Shown here in pieces: positions 29,287-40,344 of a stretch of DNA of 64,000 nt (position 1 is the stretch's first letter; each line of letters begins with the position of its first letter). This DNA is from an uncultured Methylomirabilota bacterium (GTDB lineage: Bacteria > Methylomirabilota > Methylomirabilia > Methylomirabilales > 2-02-FULL-66-22), in the NCBI GenBank assembly GCA_963845565.1, contig CAWJSJ010000005.1, positions 768,001 through 832,000 of the forward strand, written 5' to 3'. The position numbers and the translations under genes are program-made. Below the pieces are notes generated by a model. The model worked only from the letters and a program-made list of their open reading frames with translations. It was not told the origin of the DNA and did no database searches.

Positions 29287-30093
29287 CTATCGAGTCTCCC
29301 CGAGGCCGTTGAGGACCCGCTTCACCAACGGGGCATCCACGATTTTAGCGGCGTGGACGGACCCTTCGAGGAGGCACAGATCGCATAGTGTGTTGAGGCG
29401 GCGCGGCACGCCGCCGGCGTGCTCCCAGACGAGGCGGATCGCCTCGTCGTCAAACAGGGACTGGGCGGCGCCCGCCCGCTCCATGCGGAAGGCGACGTAG
29501 GCGGCCGCCTCGGCCTGGCTGAGCGGCTTCAAATGGTGGCGAAGGGCGATCCGCTGATCCAAGGGCTTGATCCGGCCGATCATGTCGGTGATCTCCGGCT
29601 GGGCCATGAGGATCAGCGTGAGCAGGAACCGATCGTTCAACTGGAAGTTCAGCAGCATCCGGAGTTCTTCGAAGACGTCCGGGTCCCGGATGCAATGGGC
29701 CTCGTCCACCACGAGGACGGTCTCTTTCCCCTCGCGCAGATTGGCCACCAATCGGTCGTTCAGGGACCGCAGGAGCGCAACCTTGGTGGTTCCGGATGGG
29801 GTGATGCCGAATTGAAGATCGATCTCCTCGAGAAAATCGAGGCTGGGAAGCGACGGGTTCGTCACGAGGCCGACGTCATACTTTTCCTGGGCCAACTGGA
29901 GAATGAAGGTCCGACTCAGGGTCGTCTTGCCGCACCCGACATCGCCGACCAACAAGGCGGCGCCCTTGTTGTGCTGCACCGCGTACATCAGTCGGGCCAA
30001 GCCTTCGCGGTGCTGCGCCGACAGGAAGAAGAAGTTGGGATCAGGGACGTTCTGAAACGGCGCGGTGGCCAGTCTCCAGTATCCCTCGTACAT
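29287..30093 (-). CDS. ExeA/GspA-like AAA+ ATPase
   Basis: MYEGYW..PF..PDP, GDVGCGKTT, VVDEAH, GGVPRRLN. Confidence 0.88.
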   Translation of the reverse strand: MYEGYWRLATAPFQNVPDPNFFFLSAQHREGLARLMYAVQHNKGAALLVGDVGCGKTTLSRTFILQLAQEKYDVGLVTNPSLPSLDFLEEIDLQFGITPSGTTKVALLRSLNDRLVANLREGKETVLVVDEAHCIRDPDVFEELRMLLNFQLNDRFLLTLILMAQPEITDMIGRIKPLDQRIALRHHLKPLSQAEAAAYVAFRMERAGAAQSLFDDEAIRLVWEHAGGVPRRLNTLCDLCLLEGSVHAAKIVDAPLVKRVLNGLGETR

Positions 30094-30390
30094 CCCACGG
30101 TCCTCGCTTGGCTCGATGCCGCCGATTGCCGGGAATTCACCCATTATGAAAACGGGCACACCACAACGCCGCCTCCCCTGGAGGCCCGTGGCTGCCCCGA
30201 CTCGGAGGGCACCCTATCATACGGCCCAAAGGAATCAAGCGAAAATTTTCGCGTGGGAGCAACGTGATACCGTCCCGCACCGGCCGAATGGCCCCCGGAC
30301 CGAACGCCACGACGTGCCTGGGGCCGGAAGTCTCTTCGGGGCGCCGCCGGCCCGCCAGGAGGAAAAATCCGCTCGGCGTCCATTTTTTTC

Positions 30391-30418
30391 TTGCAATCGC
30401 GTCAAAATGCACTATAAG
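30391..30418 (+). promoter_or_regulatory. Putative sigma70 promoter for speD
   Basis: TTGCAA-16 nt-TATAAG in an AT-rich patch. Confidence 0.4.
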
Positions 30419-30487
30419 CAACTACGAAAAATTTCCGGTGCCGCGAACGACTCACGGAGCGGCGATCGGGGGAAAGGGGGGAGGGCA

Positions 30488-30931
30488 TTGCACGCTTTGG
30501 GCAGACACCTGCTGGTCGAACTCCACGGTTGTCACCCAGACACGCTGAAGAAAGTGGACGTCGTCAAGGATATCTTGGTCGGCGCCGCGCGCGCATGTGG
30601 GGCCACCATCGTTGACGTCGCGTTTCATGAGTTCAATCCCTTCGGCGTCAGCGGGGTCGTGGTCATCGCGGAATCTCACCTCTCGATCCATACCTGGCCG
30701 GAATATCGGTACGCCGCCGTGGATATTTTCACCTGCGGCGACGTCATCAAGCCCGAACGGGCCGTCTCGTATGTCGCCTCCCGCTTCCGATGCAAGACGC
30801 CGTCCGTTGTCGAGATGAAGCGGGGACTCATCCCGGGCACGACGGGAAAACTGCCTCACAAGGTTGCCATCGACGAGAAACTCGGCGAGGCCGTCGCCGA
30901 TGCCGCGCAGGAACTTTCGCTGGTCCATTGA
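30488..30931 (+). CDS. speD: S-adenosylmethionine decarboxylase proenzyme
   Basis: LGRHLLVE, VVIAESHLSIHTWPE, DIFTCG. TTG start after GGAGGG. Confidence 0.92.
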   Translation: MHALGRHLLVELHGCHPDTLKKVDVVKDILVGAARACGATIVDVAFHEFNPFGVSGVVVIAESHLSIHTWPEYRYAAVDIFTCGDVIKPERAVSYVASRFRCKTPSVVEMKRGLIPGTTGKLPHKVAIDEKLGEAVADAAQELSLVH

Positions 30932-31266
30932 GTGTGTCCGCGCGAAGGAGGGACACCGCCGCAGACCGGTGGCGGGGCTCTTCCTTCGCGCTGCGTTGTC
31001 TTCCGGCCTTCCGGTTCTTCGGAATCCTAACGCCGCGATAGATTCTTTTCCGGCCCATCTCCCTCCCGTTGTGCGGCAGTCGTGGCTCCAACCGCGGCGC
31101 CGGGGGTGATGGGCTTTGGCACATACGCCGCGGGTGGCGCCACTCCGCGCCCCGACCGCCAGGGGACTGGTCGCACCGGCGGTCGGTCGCGGTCGCGGGG
31201 GTGTGTGGCGCGCGCTCTTTCTGGTCCGCGTGGGTCGCGCGAGGAATGCGCGCTGGAGGAGGCGAC

Positions 31267-32184
31267 ATGCCGATTCAGGATCATCAGTTGCTGATCGAGT
31301 CATTCAGCCCGCACGAGGGGCACGTGCACGGGGTGACCGGCGTGATCGCCACCAGCCGGTCCCCCTATCAGGCGATCGAGATTGTCGAGTTGGGGAGCTA
31401 TGGCAAGGCGCTCATCCTGGACGGAAAGGTGCAATCGACCACCGTGGACGAATTCATTTACCACGAGAGCATCATCCATCCCGCCATGCTGTGCCATCCG
31501 AATCCGAGGCGCGTCTTCGTGGTAGGAGGCGGCGAGGGGGCGCCCGTGCGCGAGATCCTCAAACACCGGAGCGTCGAGAGCGTCCTGATGGTGGACATCG
31601 ACAGCGCGGTGGTGGAGTTCTGCCGACGTCACCTCCCCGAGATGAGCGCCGGCGCCTTTGAGGACCCGCGCGTCCGGGTCGAGTTCATGGACGCGCGAGC
31701 GTTCTTGGAGTCCTCGGATCAGACCTTCGATATTCTCATCATCGATATTTCGGAGCCTATCGAGGAAGGGCCCGCTTATCTGTTGTTTACCCAGGAGTTT
31801 TACAAGGTCGTCTTCGACCGCCTGACGGCACAGGGCGCGTTGGCGGTCCAGGCCGGGACCGTCAGCCTGACCGGTCTGGACTGTTTTGCCACCGTGCATG
31901 CCACGCTGCGGAGCGTCTTTCCCGTGGTGGCCCCGTACTTCGCGGATATCCCCTCGTTCGGACGGCCCTGGGGATTCCTGTACGCGGGCAAGGGGGAGCA
32001 CCCTGCTGCCGTGGGCCGGGAGGAGATCGACCGGCGGATTCGAGAGCGCGTTGGCGGGCCGCTCCGGTATTATGACGGCGAAACCCACGCCATGAGTTTC
32101 TGTCTCCCGAAGCACGTGCGAGAGCAGTTGGCCGCGGAAAAGCGCATCATCGAGGACAATCATCCGCTCTTCGCGTTTCGATAG
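31267..32184 (+). CDS. speE: Polyamine aminopropyltransferase (spermidine synthase)
   Basis: LILDGKVQ, YHESIIHPAM, VGGGEG, VDID. Confidence 0.92.
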   Translation: MPIQDHQLLIESFSPHEGHVHGVTGVIATSRSPYQAIEIVELGSYGKALILDGKVQSTTVDEFIYHESIIHPAMLCHPNPRRVFVVGGGEGAPVREILKHRSVESVLMVDIDSAVVEFCRRHLPEMSAGAFEDPRVRVEFMDARAFLESSDQTFDILIIDISEPIEEGPAYLLFTQEFYKVVFDRLTAQGALAVQAGTVSLTGLDCFATVHATLRSVFPVVAPYFADIPSFGRPWGFLYAGKGEHPAAVGREEIDRRIRERVGGPLRYYDGETHAMSFCLPKHVREQLAAEKRIIEDNHPLFAFR

Positions 32185-32193
32185 GAGCCGGAC

Positions 32194-33708
32194 GTGGCTG
32201 CCATCCCCGCACACCAGTTCCGTACGCCGCTCTTCGATGCGATGGTCAACCTGGCGGAGGCCAAGAAGGTCTCGTTTCATACGCCGGGCCACAAGAGCGG
32301 CAAGGGCATCTCCACCCGCTTCCGAAAGTTCGTCGGCAGCAAGATCTTTGCGATCGACCTGACCACCCTGGACGAGGTGGACTGCCTCCAGAAGCCGGTG
32401 GGCGTCATCAAGGAGGCGCAGGAGTTGGCGGCGGAGGCCCATGGTGCCGATCGGTCCTTCTTTCTGGTGAACGGCACCACCGTCGGCAATCACGCCATGA
32501 TCCTCTCCACGGTCCTTCCCGGGGACGAGGTGCTGGTGGCACGCAACGCCCACAAGTCTATCCTGGCCGGGATCATCCTGAGCGGGGCCATCCCTCGATT
32601 TTTCCTTCCCCGTTTTGACGCGGACCTGGGCATTGCCGTCAACGTCAGTGCGGAGGCGGCGGAGGCCGCCATGCAGGCGCACCCGCGGGCACGCGTGGTG
32701 ACGGTGACGAGCCCGAATTATTACGGGATTGCCGCCGACACACGCGCCATCGCCGCCGCGGCCCGCCGTGAGGGGAAGATACTCCTGGTGGACGAAGCGC
32801 ATGGTCCGCATCTGCACTTCCACCCCGCGCTGCCCACCTCGGCGGTGGATGCCGGGGCGGATCTCACCGTGCAGAGCACCCACAAGATCGTCGGCGGCAT
32901 GACGCAGGCCTCTATGCTGCATCTCAAAGACGGGCGGGTGGACGGGGCCCGCGTTGCCGCGATTCTCCAGATGCTGCAAAGCACCAGCCCCTCCTACATT
33001 CTGATGGCCTCGTTGGATCTGGCGCGCATGCAAATGGCGACGGAAGGGCGGAAACTCCTGGCGAAGGCGATCGAACTGGCGGAGGAGGCGCGGGCGCGGA
33101 TCAACCGTATCGCCGGACTGCGGTGCCTCGACGCTGCGCAGGTCGAGGCGTGGGGGGATTTTCGTCTGGACGTCACCAAGCTCACCATCTCGGTGAAGGG
33201 GATCGGGTTGACGGGGTACGCCGCCTCCGGCCTCCTGAACACCGAGTTCGGCATCCAGGTGGAGATGGCGGATCTGTTTAACGTGCTGGTGATCGTGAGT
33301 ATCGGCGACCGTCGCGACGATCTGGACCGGCTGGTGACCGGGCTGGAGGGGTTGGCCCGCCGGTCCGCGACGACCCGCACGGGGCAACCCGCCGACATTC
33401 CCGCCGTTCCGCCCGTGCAGGAGGCTCGCCTGGCCTGTTCCCCGCGGGAGGCGTATTTCGCCCGTCATGCGCTGGTCCCACTGTCTCAGGCGGCGGGCCG
33501 CGTGAGTGCGGACATCATCACGATCTATCCTCCCGGTATCCCGATTCTGGTTCCAGGGGAAGAAGTCTCACAGACGGCCGTCGAATACCTCCAATTTCAG
33601 GGAGGGCGGGGCGCTCGGATCGACGGCGTCCTTGATCCCGCGCTTCCGTCCAACGGGGCGGCAGGGCCCGCCGCTCCGGAGCCGCAGGTCCGGGTCATGG
33701 CCGCCTGA
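32194..33708 (+). CDS. PLP-dependent Orn/Lys/Arg decarboxylase
   Basis: FHTPGHK, VDEAHG, QSTHK PLP lysine, STSPSY, YPPGIP. Confidence 0.9.
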   Translation: MAAIPAHQFRTPLFDAMVNLAEAKKVSFHTPGHKSGKGISTRFRKFVGSKIFAIDLTTLDEVDCLQKPVGVIKEAQELAAEAHGADRSFFLVNGTTVGNHAMILSTVLPGDEVLVARNAHKSILAGIILSGAIPRFFLPRFDADLGIAVNVSAEAAEAAMQAHPRARVVTVTSPNYYGIAADTRAIAAAARREGKILLVDEAHGPHLHFHPALPTSAVDAGADLTVQSTHKIVGGMTQASMLHLKDGRVDGARVAAILQMLQSTSPSYILMASLDLARMQMATEGRKLLAKAIELAEEARARINRIAGLRCLDAAQVEAWGDFRLDVTKLTISVKGIGLTGYAASGLLNTEFGIQVEMADLFNVLVIVSIGDRRDDLDRLVTGLEGLARRSATTRTGQPADIPAVPPVQEARLACSPREAYFARHALVPLSQAAGRVSADIITIYPPGIPILVPGEEVSQTAVEYLQFQGGRGARIDGVLDPALPSNGAAGPAAPEPQVRVMAA

Positions 33709-33744
33709 CGACACGACGCCGGAGACCGAGTTTCAAGTCAGCCC

Positions 33745-33780
33745 CCCCGCCCCGTGTCGCGTCCGACGGCGGGGTTGTTT
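33745..33780 (+). terminator. Possible intrinsic terminator
   Basis: CCCCGCC...GGCGGGG stem followed by TTGTTT after the decarboxylase. Confidence 0.35.
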
Positions 33781-33808
33781 CCTCCCACGCCTTTTTTGCG
33801 GAAAGGGA

Positions 33809-33836
33809 TTGCATTTTCCGCGCACCCTGGTATAGT
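33809..33836 (+). promoter_or_regulatory. Putative sigma70 promoter for secDF
   Basis: TTGCAT-16 nt-TATAGT with extended -10 TG. Confidence 0.5.
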
Positions 33837-33938
33837 GCGCCGGCAGTTTCGCCAGGGAAATCGTCGGTTGCGGGCTGAGGCTGGGGTGGCTCCGCTCCCC
33901 GGTCCCTTAGCCCGTGTGTCGTTCTTGGAGGCCGTCCG

Positions 33939-35540
33939 GTGCGAAAACGGATCCGCGGTCGCATCATCCTGTTACTGGTGCTCACGCTGCTCACGGGCTA
34001 TTACATCGTGCCGAGCGTCTTCCCCGTGGAGAGTCTCCCATCCCTCTTTCCCGGCATCCTGCCGCGCGCCGAGAAGGTGAACCTCGGTCTTGATCTGCAG
34101 GGTGGGATGCACCTCGTCCTTGAGGTGCAGGTCGAGAAGGCGGTGGAAAACGCGACCGACCGGTTGCGCGAGGAGGCAAAGCGGCTGCTCGACAAGGACA
34201 AAGTCGAGATTGCCCAGCTCACCCGCGAGGGCACGACCGGTATCGTCCTGAAGGTAGCGAAAGCGGGGGACCGGGACAAGGCGCAGAAGGCGTTGGGCGA
34301 GTTGGTCACGGTAGACAAGATCCCCGGCGCGACGCCCGACGAACTGCGGTTGACCTTGCAGCCGCGCGAAGTGAAACGGATCGAGGAGCTGGCGGTCCGC
34401 CAGAGCCTGGAGACCATCCGGAACCGGGTGGACCAGTTCGGCGTGACCGAGCCGCACATCGTTCCGGAGGGGGACCGGCGTATCGTGGTCCAGCTCCCCG
34501 GGATCAAAGACCCGCAGCGTGCCATCAACCTCATCGGCAAGACCGCGCTCCTGGAATTGAAGGCGGTGGACGACAGCCTCAATCCGGAGGAAGTGGCGCA
34601 GGGAAAGGTGAACCTTCCCCCGGATCTGCAACTGCTCTCGTTGCGCGAGGTGGACGACCGGCGGCAAACGGTGGGGAAGCGCCCCATCGTCGTCCGGCGG
34701 CAGGCGATCATCACCGGGGCCAATCTCACCAGCGCCGAGGTGCGGCCGGACGAGCAAGGGGGATGGCTGGTCGCCTTTGCGCTGGACAGCGAGGGGGGGC
34801 GGATCTTCGGCGACTTTACCGGTGCGAACATCGGCAAGCATCTGGCGATCGTGCTGGATGACACGGTGTTCAGCGCCCCGGTGATTCGATCCAAGATCGG
34901 TGAGGGCCGCGGTCAGATCGAGGGGAGCTTCACGGCCGAAGGGGCGCGGGATTTAGCCATCGTGCTTCGCGCCGGCGCTTTGCCCGCTCCGGTCCAGATC
35001 ATCGCGAACCTGACTGTCGGGCCGAGTCTGGGCCAAGACTCGGTGCAGAAGGGCGTGCAGGCGGCGCTCCTGGCGGCCGTTCTGGTGGTCGCCCTGATGG
35101 CGGTTTACTACAAGGTGTCCGGGGTCATCGCGGACTTCGCCTTGGTCTTGAATTCCATCATGCTCGTCGGCATCTTGGTGGCGATGCGGGCGACCCTCAC
35201 GCTCCCGGGCATCGCGGGCATTGCCTTGGGCATCGGGATGGCGGTGGACAGCAACGTCCTCATCTTGGAGCGCATCCGGGAAGAGTTGAAGCTGGGCAAG
35301 ACGGTCCGGTCGGCTATCGACGCCGGGTATGACAAGGCCTTCGTGACGATCGTGGACTCGCACGTCACCACGCTGATCACGGCGGCCGCCCTCTTCCTGT
35401 TCGGTACCGGGCCGATCAAGGGGTTCGCCGTGACCTTGAGCTTGGGGGTGGCGATCAACCTGTTTTCGGCCTTGGTCGGCACGCGGGTGGTTTACGACTG
35501 GTTGACGTCGCGTCGCGACTTGAAGACCTTGAGCATTTGA
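33939..35540 (+). CDS. secD: Protein translocase subunit SecD
   Basis: LGLDLQGG, IRNRVDQFGVTEP, LRAGALPAP, GMAVDSNVLILERIREE. Confidence 0.96.
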   Translation: MRKRIRGRIILLLVLTLLTGYYIVPSVFPVESLPSLFPGILPRAEKVNLGLDLQGGMHLVLEVQVEKAVENATDRLREEAKRLLDKDKVEIAQLTREGTTGIVLKVAKAGDRDKAQKALGELVTVDKIPGATPDELRLTLQPREVKRIEELAVRQSLETIRNRVDQFGVTEPHIVPEGDRRIVVQLPGIKDPQRAINLIGKTALLELKAVDDSLNPEEVAQGKVNLPPDLQLLSLREVDDRRQTVGKRPIVVRRQAIITGANLTSAEVRPDEQGGWLVAFALDSEGGRIFGDFTGANIGKHLAIVLDDTVFSAPVIRSKIGEGRGQIEGSFTAEGARDLAIVLRAGALPAPVQIIANLTVGPSLGQDSVQKGVQAALLAAVLVVALMAVYYKVSGVIADFALVLNSIMLVGILVAMRATLTLPGIAGIALGIGMAVDSNVLILERIREELKLGKTVRSAIDAGYDKAFVTIVDSHVTTLITAAALFLFGTGPIKGFAVTLSLGVAINLFSALVGTRVVYDWLTSRRDLKTLSI

Positions 35541-35633
35541 TCGAGAGGGCGGAATCCGGGGCACCAAAGGCCCAGCCACGGGCAGGCAGCCCCACTGCTC
35601 CTGACTTCCGCCGCCGGCGGACAAGGGGACGGG

Positions 35634-36554
35634 TTGATCGTGGAAATTCTGGGGAAGACCAGTTTTGATTTTATCGGGAAGCGGTACATCGCCTACATGA
35701 TTTCCGGCCTGCTGGTTCTGCTCGGGGTCGTGGCGCTGATCCAGATCTCCCGCGGGGCGGCCAACATGGGGATCGACTTTGCGGGCGGTACGTCGATCCA
35801 GGTGAAGTTCCAACGGTCCGTGGACCTGGGAGCGGTGCGACAGGCGTTGAGCAAGAGCGGCATCCGGGACAGCGAGCCGCAGCAGTTCGCCGACGGCCGA
35901 AGCGTGATGATCCGGCTCAAGCGAAGCACGGCGGAGGCCGGCATGGCGCAGCAGGTGCAGGACGCTTTGCGCGCCGGGTTTGGCGACAACCCGTTCACCC
36001 TGGAGGCCTCTACGGAGGTCGGACCGGCCATCGGCAAGGAGTTGCAGAAGAAGGCACTCCTGGCGGTTGTGATCTCCCTCGCCGGGATCGTTCTCTACAT
36101 CGCCTGGCGGTTTGAGTTCCGATTCGGCGTGGCCGCCACGGTGGCGACCTTCCACGACGTCCTCGCCGTGCTCGGCGTCGTCTTCATCCTGAACAAGGAG
36201 ATCACGCTTCTCATCGTGACCGCCTTGCTCACCGTTGCCGGCTATTCCTTGACGGACACGGTGGTGGTGTACGACCGCATTCGAGAGAACCTCCGTGCTC
36301 GCCGCAAGGAAGCCCTGGGTGACGTCATGAACGCCAGCATCAACCAAGTGCTGAGCCGAACCGCCATGACCTCGCTCACGACCCTGCTGGCCGCCGCGGC
36401 GCTGTTTTTCCTCGGCGGAGAGGTCCTGCACGATTTCGCTCTGGCCCTTGTGCTCGGGATCGTGGTAGGGACCTACTCGTCGTGGTTCGTGGCCTCCCCG
36501 CTGATCTACGAGTGGCGCATCCGCAGCGAGGCCGCCCGTCGCCCGCGGCGGTGA
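35634..36554 (+). CDS. secF: Protein translocase subunit SecF
   Basis: GIDFAGG, GYSLTDTVVVYDRIREN, GTYSS. Confidence 0.96.
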   Translation: MIVEILGKTSFDFIGKRYIAYMISGLLVLLGVVALIQISRGAANMGIDFAGGTSIQVKFQRSVDLGAVRQALSKSGIRDSEPQQFADGRSVMIRLKRSTAEAGMAQQVQDALRAGFGDNPFTLEASTEVGPAIGKELQKKALLAVVISLAGIVLYIAWRFEFRFGVAATVATFHDVLAVLGVVFILNKEITLLIVTALLTVAGYSLTDTVVVYDRIRENLRARRKEALGDVMNASINQVLSRTAMTSLTTLLAAAALFFLGGEVLHDFALALVLGIVVGTYSSWFVASPLIYEWRIRSEAARRPRR

Positions 36555-36566
36555 GGCGGAGTCTCC

Positions 36567-38306
36567 GTGACCGAATCAAAAATCGCGAGGCGCTGGCGGA
36601 TCGCCGACCAAGATGTTGAGTCGGCGGCTGCTCTGGGCGAGTCGCTTGGGGTGTCGCGGCTGGTCGCCCACCTCCTGATGCGACGCGGTTGTACCACCCC
36701 CGACCTCGCCCGTACCTTCCTGGACGCTTCCCCCGATGCCTTGCACGACCCGCGCAGCATGGCCGGGATGGCCTGCGCGGTGGAGAGGCTGCAGCAGGCC
36801 GTCACGCACCGCGAACCGATCCTGGTCTGCGGCGATTACGACGTGGACGGGGTGACGGGGATGGCGGTCCTGGTCGCCGGCCTGACCCACGCGGGTGCCG
36901 ATGCGACCTATGCGGTGCCGAACCGGCAAGAGCACGGATACGGCCTGCCGGCGAGCATCGTGGAAGAAGCGGCCGCGCGGGGCGTGCGGGTCCTGATCAC
37001 CGTCGATCACGGGATCACGGCCCATGCGGAGGTGGCCCTGGCGCGCGACCGCGGACTGGACGTGCTCATCTGCGACCACCACGTGCCTCCACCCACCTTG
37101 CCGCCCGCCACGGCCATCCTGAATCCTCGACAACCCGGCTGCGGCTATCCCTTCAAAGAGCTCTGCGGTGTGGGGATCGCGTTCAAGCTGCTCCAGGCAT
37201 TCTACGGAGCCGACGCGCGCGAGGAGTGCTGGCCGCTGCTGGACTTGGTGGCCCTGGGCACCATCGCGGACCTGGTTCCCATGGTGGGCGAGAATCGTGT
37301 TCTGGTGAAGCACGGCTTGGCCCAGCTGGCCGCCACGACCCGCCCCGGCCTTCGGGCCCTTGGCGAGGTGGCGGGGGTGTCTCTCTCGGACCCCGCCGGG
37401 GTGACGCCCGGGCGGGTTGCGTTCGGCTTGGCGCCCCGCATCAACGCCGCCGGAAGGTTGGACGACGCCACGGTCGCCGTCCGGCTGATGTTGACGACGG
37501 ATCCGTTCGAGGCCCGCGAACTCGCGGCGCAGCTCGACCGTCAGAATCGCGAGCGGCAGGAGTTGGAGAGCCAGGTTCTCACGGATGCCTTGGCGCGCAC
37601 CGCGGCGACCCACGACCTCGCGCGCGATCGGGCGATCGTCCTGGCGTCACCAGACTGGCATCCCGGGGTGCTGGGAATCGTGGCGGCGCGACTGGTGGAG
37701 CGGTTCGGTAAGCCTGCGGCGCTCATCGGCATGCAAGGGGATTACGCGCGGGGTTCGGTCCGGTCGGCCGGTGGTTGGCACGCGGCGGATGCCCTGGGGC
37801 GGTGCGCCGATCTGCTCACGCACTACGGCGGCCACCGGTCGGCTGGCGGCTTCTCGCTTGCGCCGGACCGCATCGATGCGTTCCGGGATCGTTTCCTGTC
37901 GCTCGCGGCGGCGGACCTCACGGACGAGGCGCTGGCGCCCGTCTTGGAAATCGAAGCCGAGGTAGCCCTGGACGACCTTGACCTGGACGTGGTGGACGAC
38001 CTGGCACACCTCGGCCCCCACGGTCTGGGGAACCCCGAGCCGGTGTTGGCCGCCCGGGGGCTCCAGGTGATGCGTTCCCCCCGGCGGGTTGGCCGGAACC
38101 ACCTGAAATTCAAGGTCCGCCAGTCCGTGTCCGGGCGACAGGTCGTCGAAGCCATCGGGTTCAATTTCGGCTCTTACGCCGAGGCGCTCGACCAGCCGAC
38201 CTCCCCGCAGGTGGATCTCGCTTTCGTACCGGAGCGAAACGCCTGGAACGGACGTGAAATCCTCCAGTTACGCGTGAAGGATCTCCACCTTCTGGATGAA
38301 ACCTGA
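36567..38306 (+). CDS. recJ: ssDNA-specific exonuclease RecJ
   Basis: GDYDVDG, CDHH, GTIADLVP, PRINAAGRL, GGH. Confidence 0.95.
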   Translation: MTESKIARRWRIADQDVESAAALGESLGVSRLVAHLLMRRGCTTPDLARTFLDASPDALHDPRSMAGMACAVERLQQAVTHREPILVCGDYDVDGVTGMAVLVAGLTHAGADATYAVPNRQEHGYGLPASIVEEAAARGVRVLITVDHGITAHAEVALARDRGLDVLICDHHVPPPTLPPATAILNPRQPGCGYPFKELCGVGIAFKLLQAFYGADAREECWPLLDLVALGTIADLVPMVGENRVLVKHGLAQLAATTRPGLRALGEVAGVSLSDPAGVTPGRVAFGLAPRINAAGRLDDATVAVRLMLTTDPFEARELAAQLDRQNRERQELESQVLTDALARTAATHDLARDRAIVLASPDWHPGVLGIVAARLVERFGKPAALIGMQGDYARGSVRSAGGWHAADALGRCADLLTHYGGHRSAGGFSLAPDRIDAFRDRFLSLAAADLTDEALAPVLEIEAEVALDDLDLDVVDDLAHLGPHGLGNPEPVLAARGLQVMRSPRRVGRNHLKFKVRQSVSGRQVVEAIGFNFGSYAEALDQPTSPQVDLAFVPERNAWNGREILQLRVKDLHLLDET

Positions 38307-38493
38307 TCCGGAGCACCGGGTTGGCCGACACGCAGTGGCAAGCTCATTGTTGACTGCCAGATTACCGGACCGCGCGACCCCTTTGGCAGTCAGGGACATG
38401 GACCGAGCCCTGCAGTCTCTGGGAACCCCTCGGAAAATTTGACCGTTTTCTCGACGTGTTCTCATTCCGGAGAGCCCGGGTGTTCCTTTTTTC

Positions 38494-38521
38494 TTGACAA
38501 GGTTGGGCTCGCGGCTATAGT
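38494..38521 (+). promoter_or_regulatory. Putative sigma70 promoter upstream of gmhA
   Basis: TTGACA-16 nt-TATAGT. Confidence 0.6.
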
Positions 38522-38637
38522 TGCGCGATTGAGCAATCGCTGTTGGGACGCGACGTTGTGGGCGACGACGGCCCGGGGCTCTCGCGAAACTCGTGGTGAT
38601 GCCCTGTGAAACGACCCGCGGCGATCCGGAGGAACGA

Positions 38638-39243
38638 ATGGAAGAGCGTATCCGGGCGATGTTCGAGGAGAGCGCCGCGCTCACGCTGTCTTTCGGCAGG
38701 GAAAATGCAACACGCATCGCGGCAATGGCTCGACGCATGGCAGACGTGCTCCGAAGAGGGGGAAAAATCCTGTTCTGTGGAAACGGCGGGAGCGCCGCGG
38801 ATGCTCAACATCTGGCGGCGGAGTTCGTCAATCGGTTCCAGCGGGATCGACGCGCCTTGGCTGCCCTCGCTCTGACCACGGATACGTCGGTGTTGACGAG
38901 TATCGGCAACGATTCGGGATTCGATCGGATTTTCTCTCGACAGGTCGAGGCGCTGGCGCGGCGCGGCGATCTTTTGGTCGCCATCAGCACCAGCGGCAAT
39001 TCGCCCAACGTGCTGCGGGCGGTCGAAGCGGCACGGGACCTGGGCGTCGAGACCGTCGGCCTGTGCGGCGGCTCCGGCGGGGCGCTGGCCGCGGCGGCGG
39101 ACGAGGCCTTCGTCGTTCCCAGCGAAGCCACGCCCCGCATTCAGGAAACACATATGGCTGTGGGCCACGCCTGGTGCGCGTTGACTGAAGACCTTCTCGC
39201 CGGAAATTCTGCGGCGGCGGACGGAGCCACTCATGCCGGTTGA
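38638..39243 (+). CDS. gmhA: Phosphoheptose isomerase
   Basis: GNGGSAADAQH, STSGNSPNV, RIQETH. Confidence 0.93.
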   Translation: MEERIRAMFEESAALTLSFGRENATRIAAMARRMADVLRRGGKILFCGNGGSAADAQHLAAEFVNRFQRDRRALAALALTTDTSVLTSIGNDSGFDRIFSRQVEALARRGDLLVAISTSGNSPNVLRAVEAARDLGVETVGLCGGSGGALAAAADEAFVVPSEATPRIQETHMAVGHAWCALTEDLLAGNSAAADGATHAG

Positions 39244-40344
39244 CGCAACTCGGGCCATTGATGGCGCGCCCCGGACAACCCAACGCCTCCTGTGCGGCGC
39301 CGTGGTGGGATGCCTGCTCCTCGGTCTCGCCGGCTCGGCGCTGGCGGTGCGGAACACGGGGACCACTCGGCACCGATCGAAATCACAGAGCCGTGCGACG
39401 GTCTCGGCACGCACGTACGCGCCGTTGCCGCCGGCCGTTGAATCGCTCGAATTGCCCAGAGCCGGGCTTCCGGCGGACACCGGCGGGATGCCTCGGCTCG
39501 GTGTGAACGCGGCCTCGGCCATTCTGGTGGACGCGAAATCCGGCGTTGTCCTGTACGAGAGGTATCCGGACGCACCCCTTCCGCCGGCGAGTGTGACCAA
39601 GATTCTAACCGCGCTCATCATCCTGGAGCGCGGCCGGCTGAGCGACACGGTCGTGGTCAGTCAGGCGGCCGCCCAGACGGGCGGACAACGGCTGGGGTTG
39701 CGCGCCGGTCAGCGCATCACGCTCGGCGGATCTCTTGGCCGCGCTGCTGATCCGATCGGCGAACGACGCGGCCGTGGCGGCGGCGGAACACGTGGGGGGT
39801 AGCCTTACCGGATTCGCGGCTCTCATGAACGAGACAGCCAAGGATCTGGGCATGGCCAGCAGCCGATTCGCCAATCCGCACGGTCTGGACGAGCCGTTTC
39901 ATTTCACGACTGCCCGAGACATGGCGACCCTGACCCGCGTGGCATTGGACAATTCGAGGTTCGCGGAGTTGGTCCGCGCGCGGCAAGCGCATGCTCACGA
40001 TCTGGAAGCCGGGTCGTCGGAATCTGGTGCCCCAGAACCGAATCGTGCTCAGCCATAATCGCCTCCTTGGCCAGGTCGCAGGGGCGGATGGGGTGAAGAC
40101 CGGGTATACCGATTCGGCAGGCCGCTGCCTGGTGGCGTCGGCCAGCCGGGGAAGCCACCGGATGATCGCCGTGTTGCTCAACGACCCGCAGCGATGGACA
40201 AGCGCGGCAGCACTGCTGGAGTACGGCTTCGGATCTGTTAGGGACGCCGCCCGCGCTCGGCCCGACGGCCAACCGTGGCTCGCCCTCCATGGCGAGGGGT
40301 GGCCGCGGCTCGACGCGCAGGCTCGTCCGGAGGAGCGCCCATGA
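39233..40344 (+). CDS. D-alanyl-D-alanine carboxypeptidase (two apparent +1 frameshifts)
   Basis: PASVTK, SANDAA, NPHGL and KTGYT in three successive frames. Confidence 0.8.

Noticed and set aside
39720..39995. Programmed frameshifting in the dac gene
   Set aside because: No slippery sequence; single extra bases fit sequencing error.
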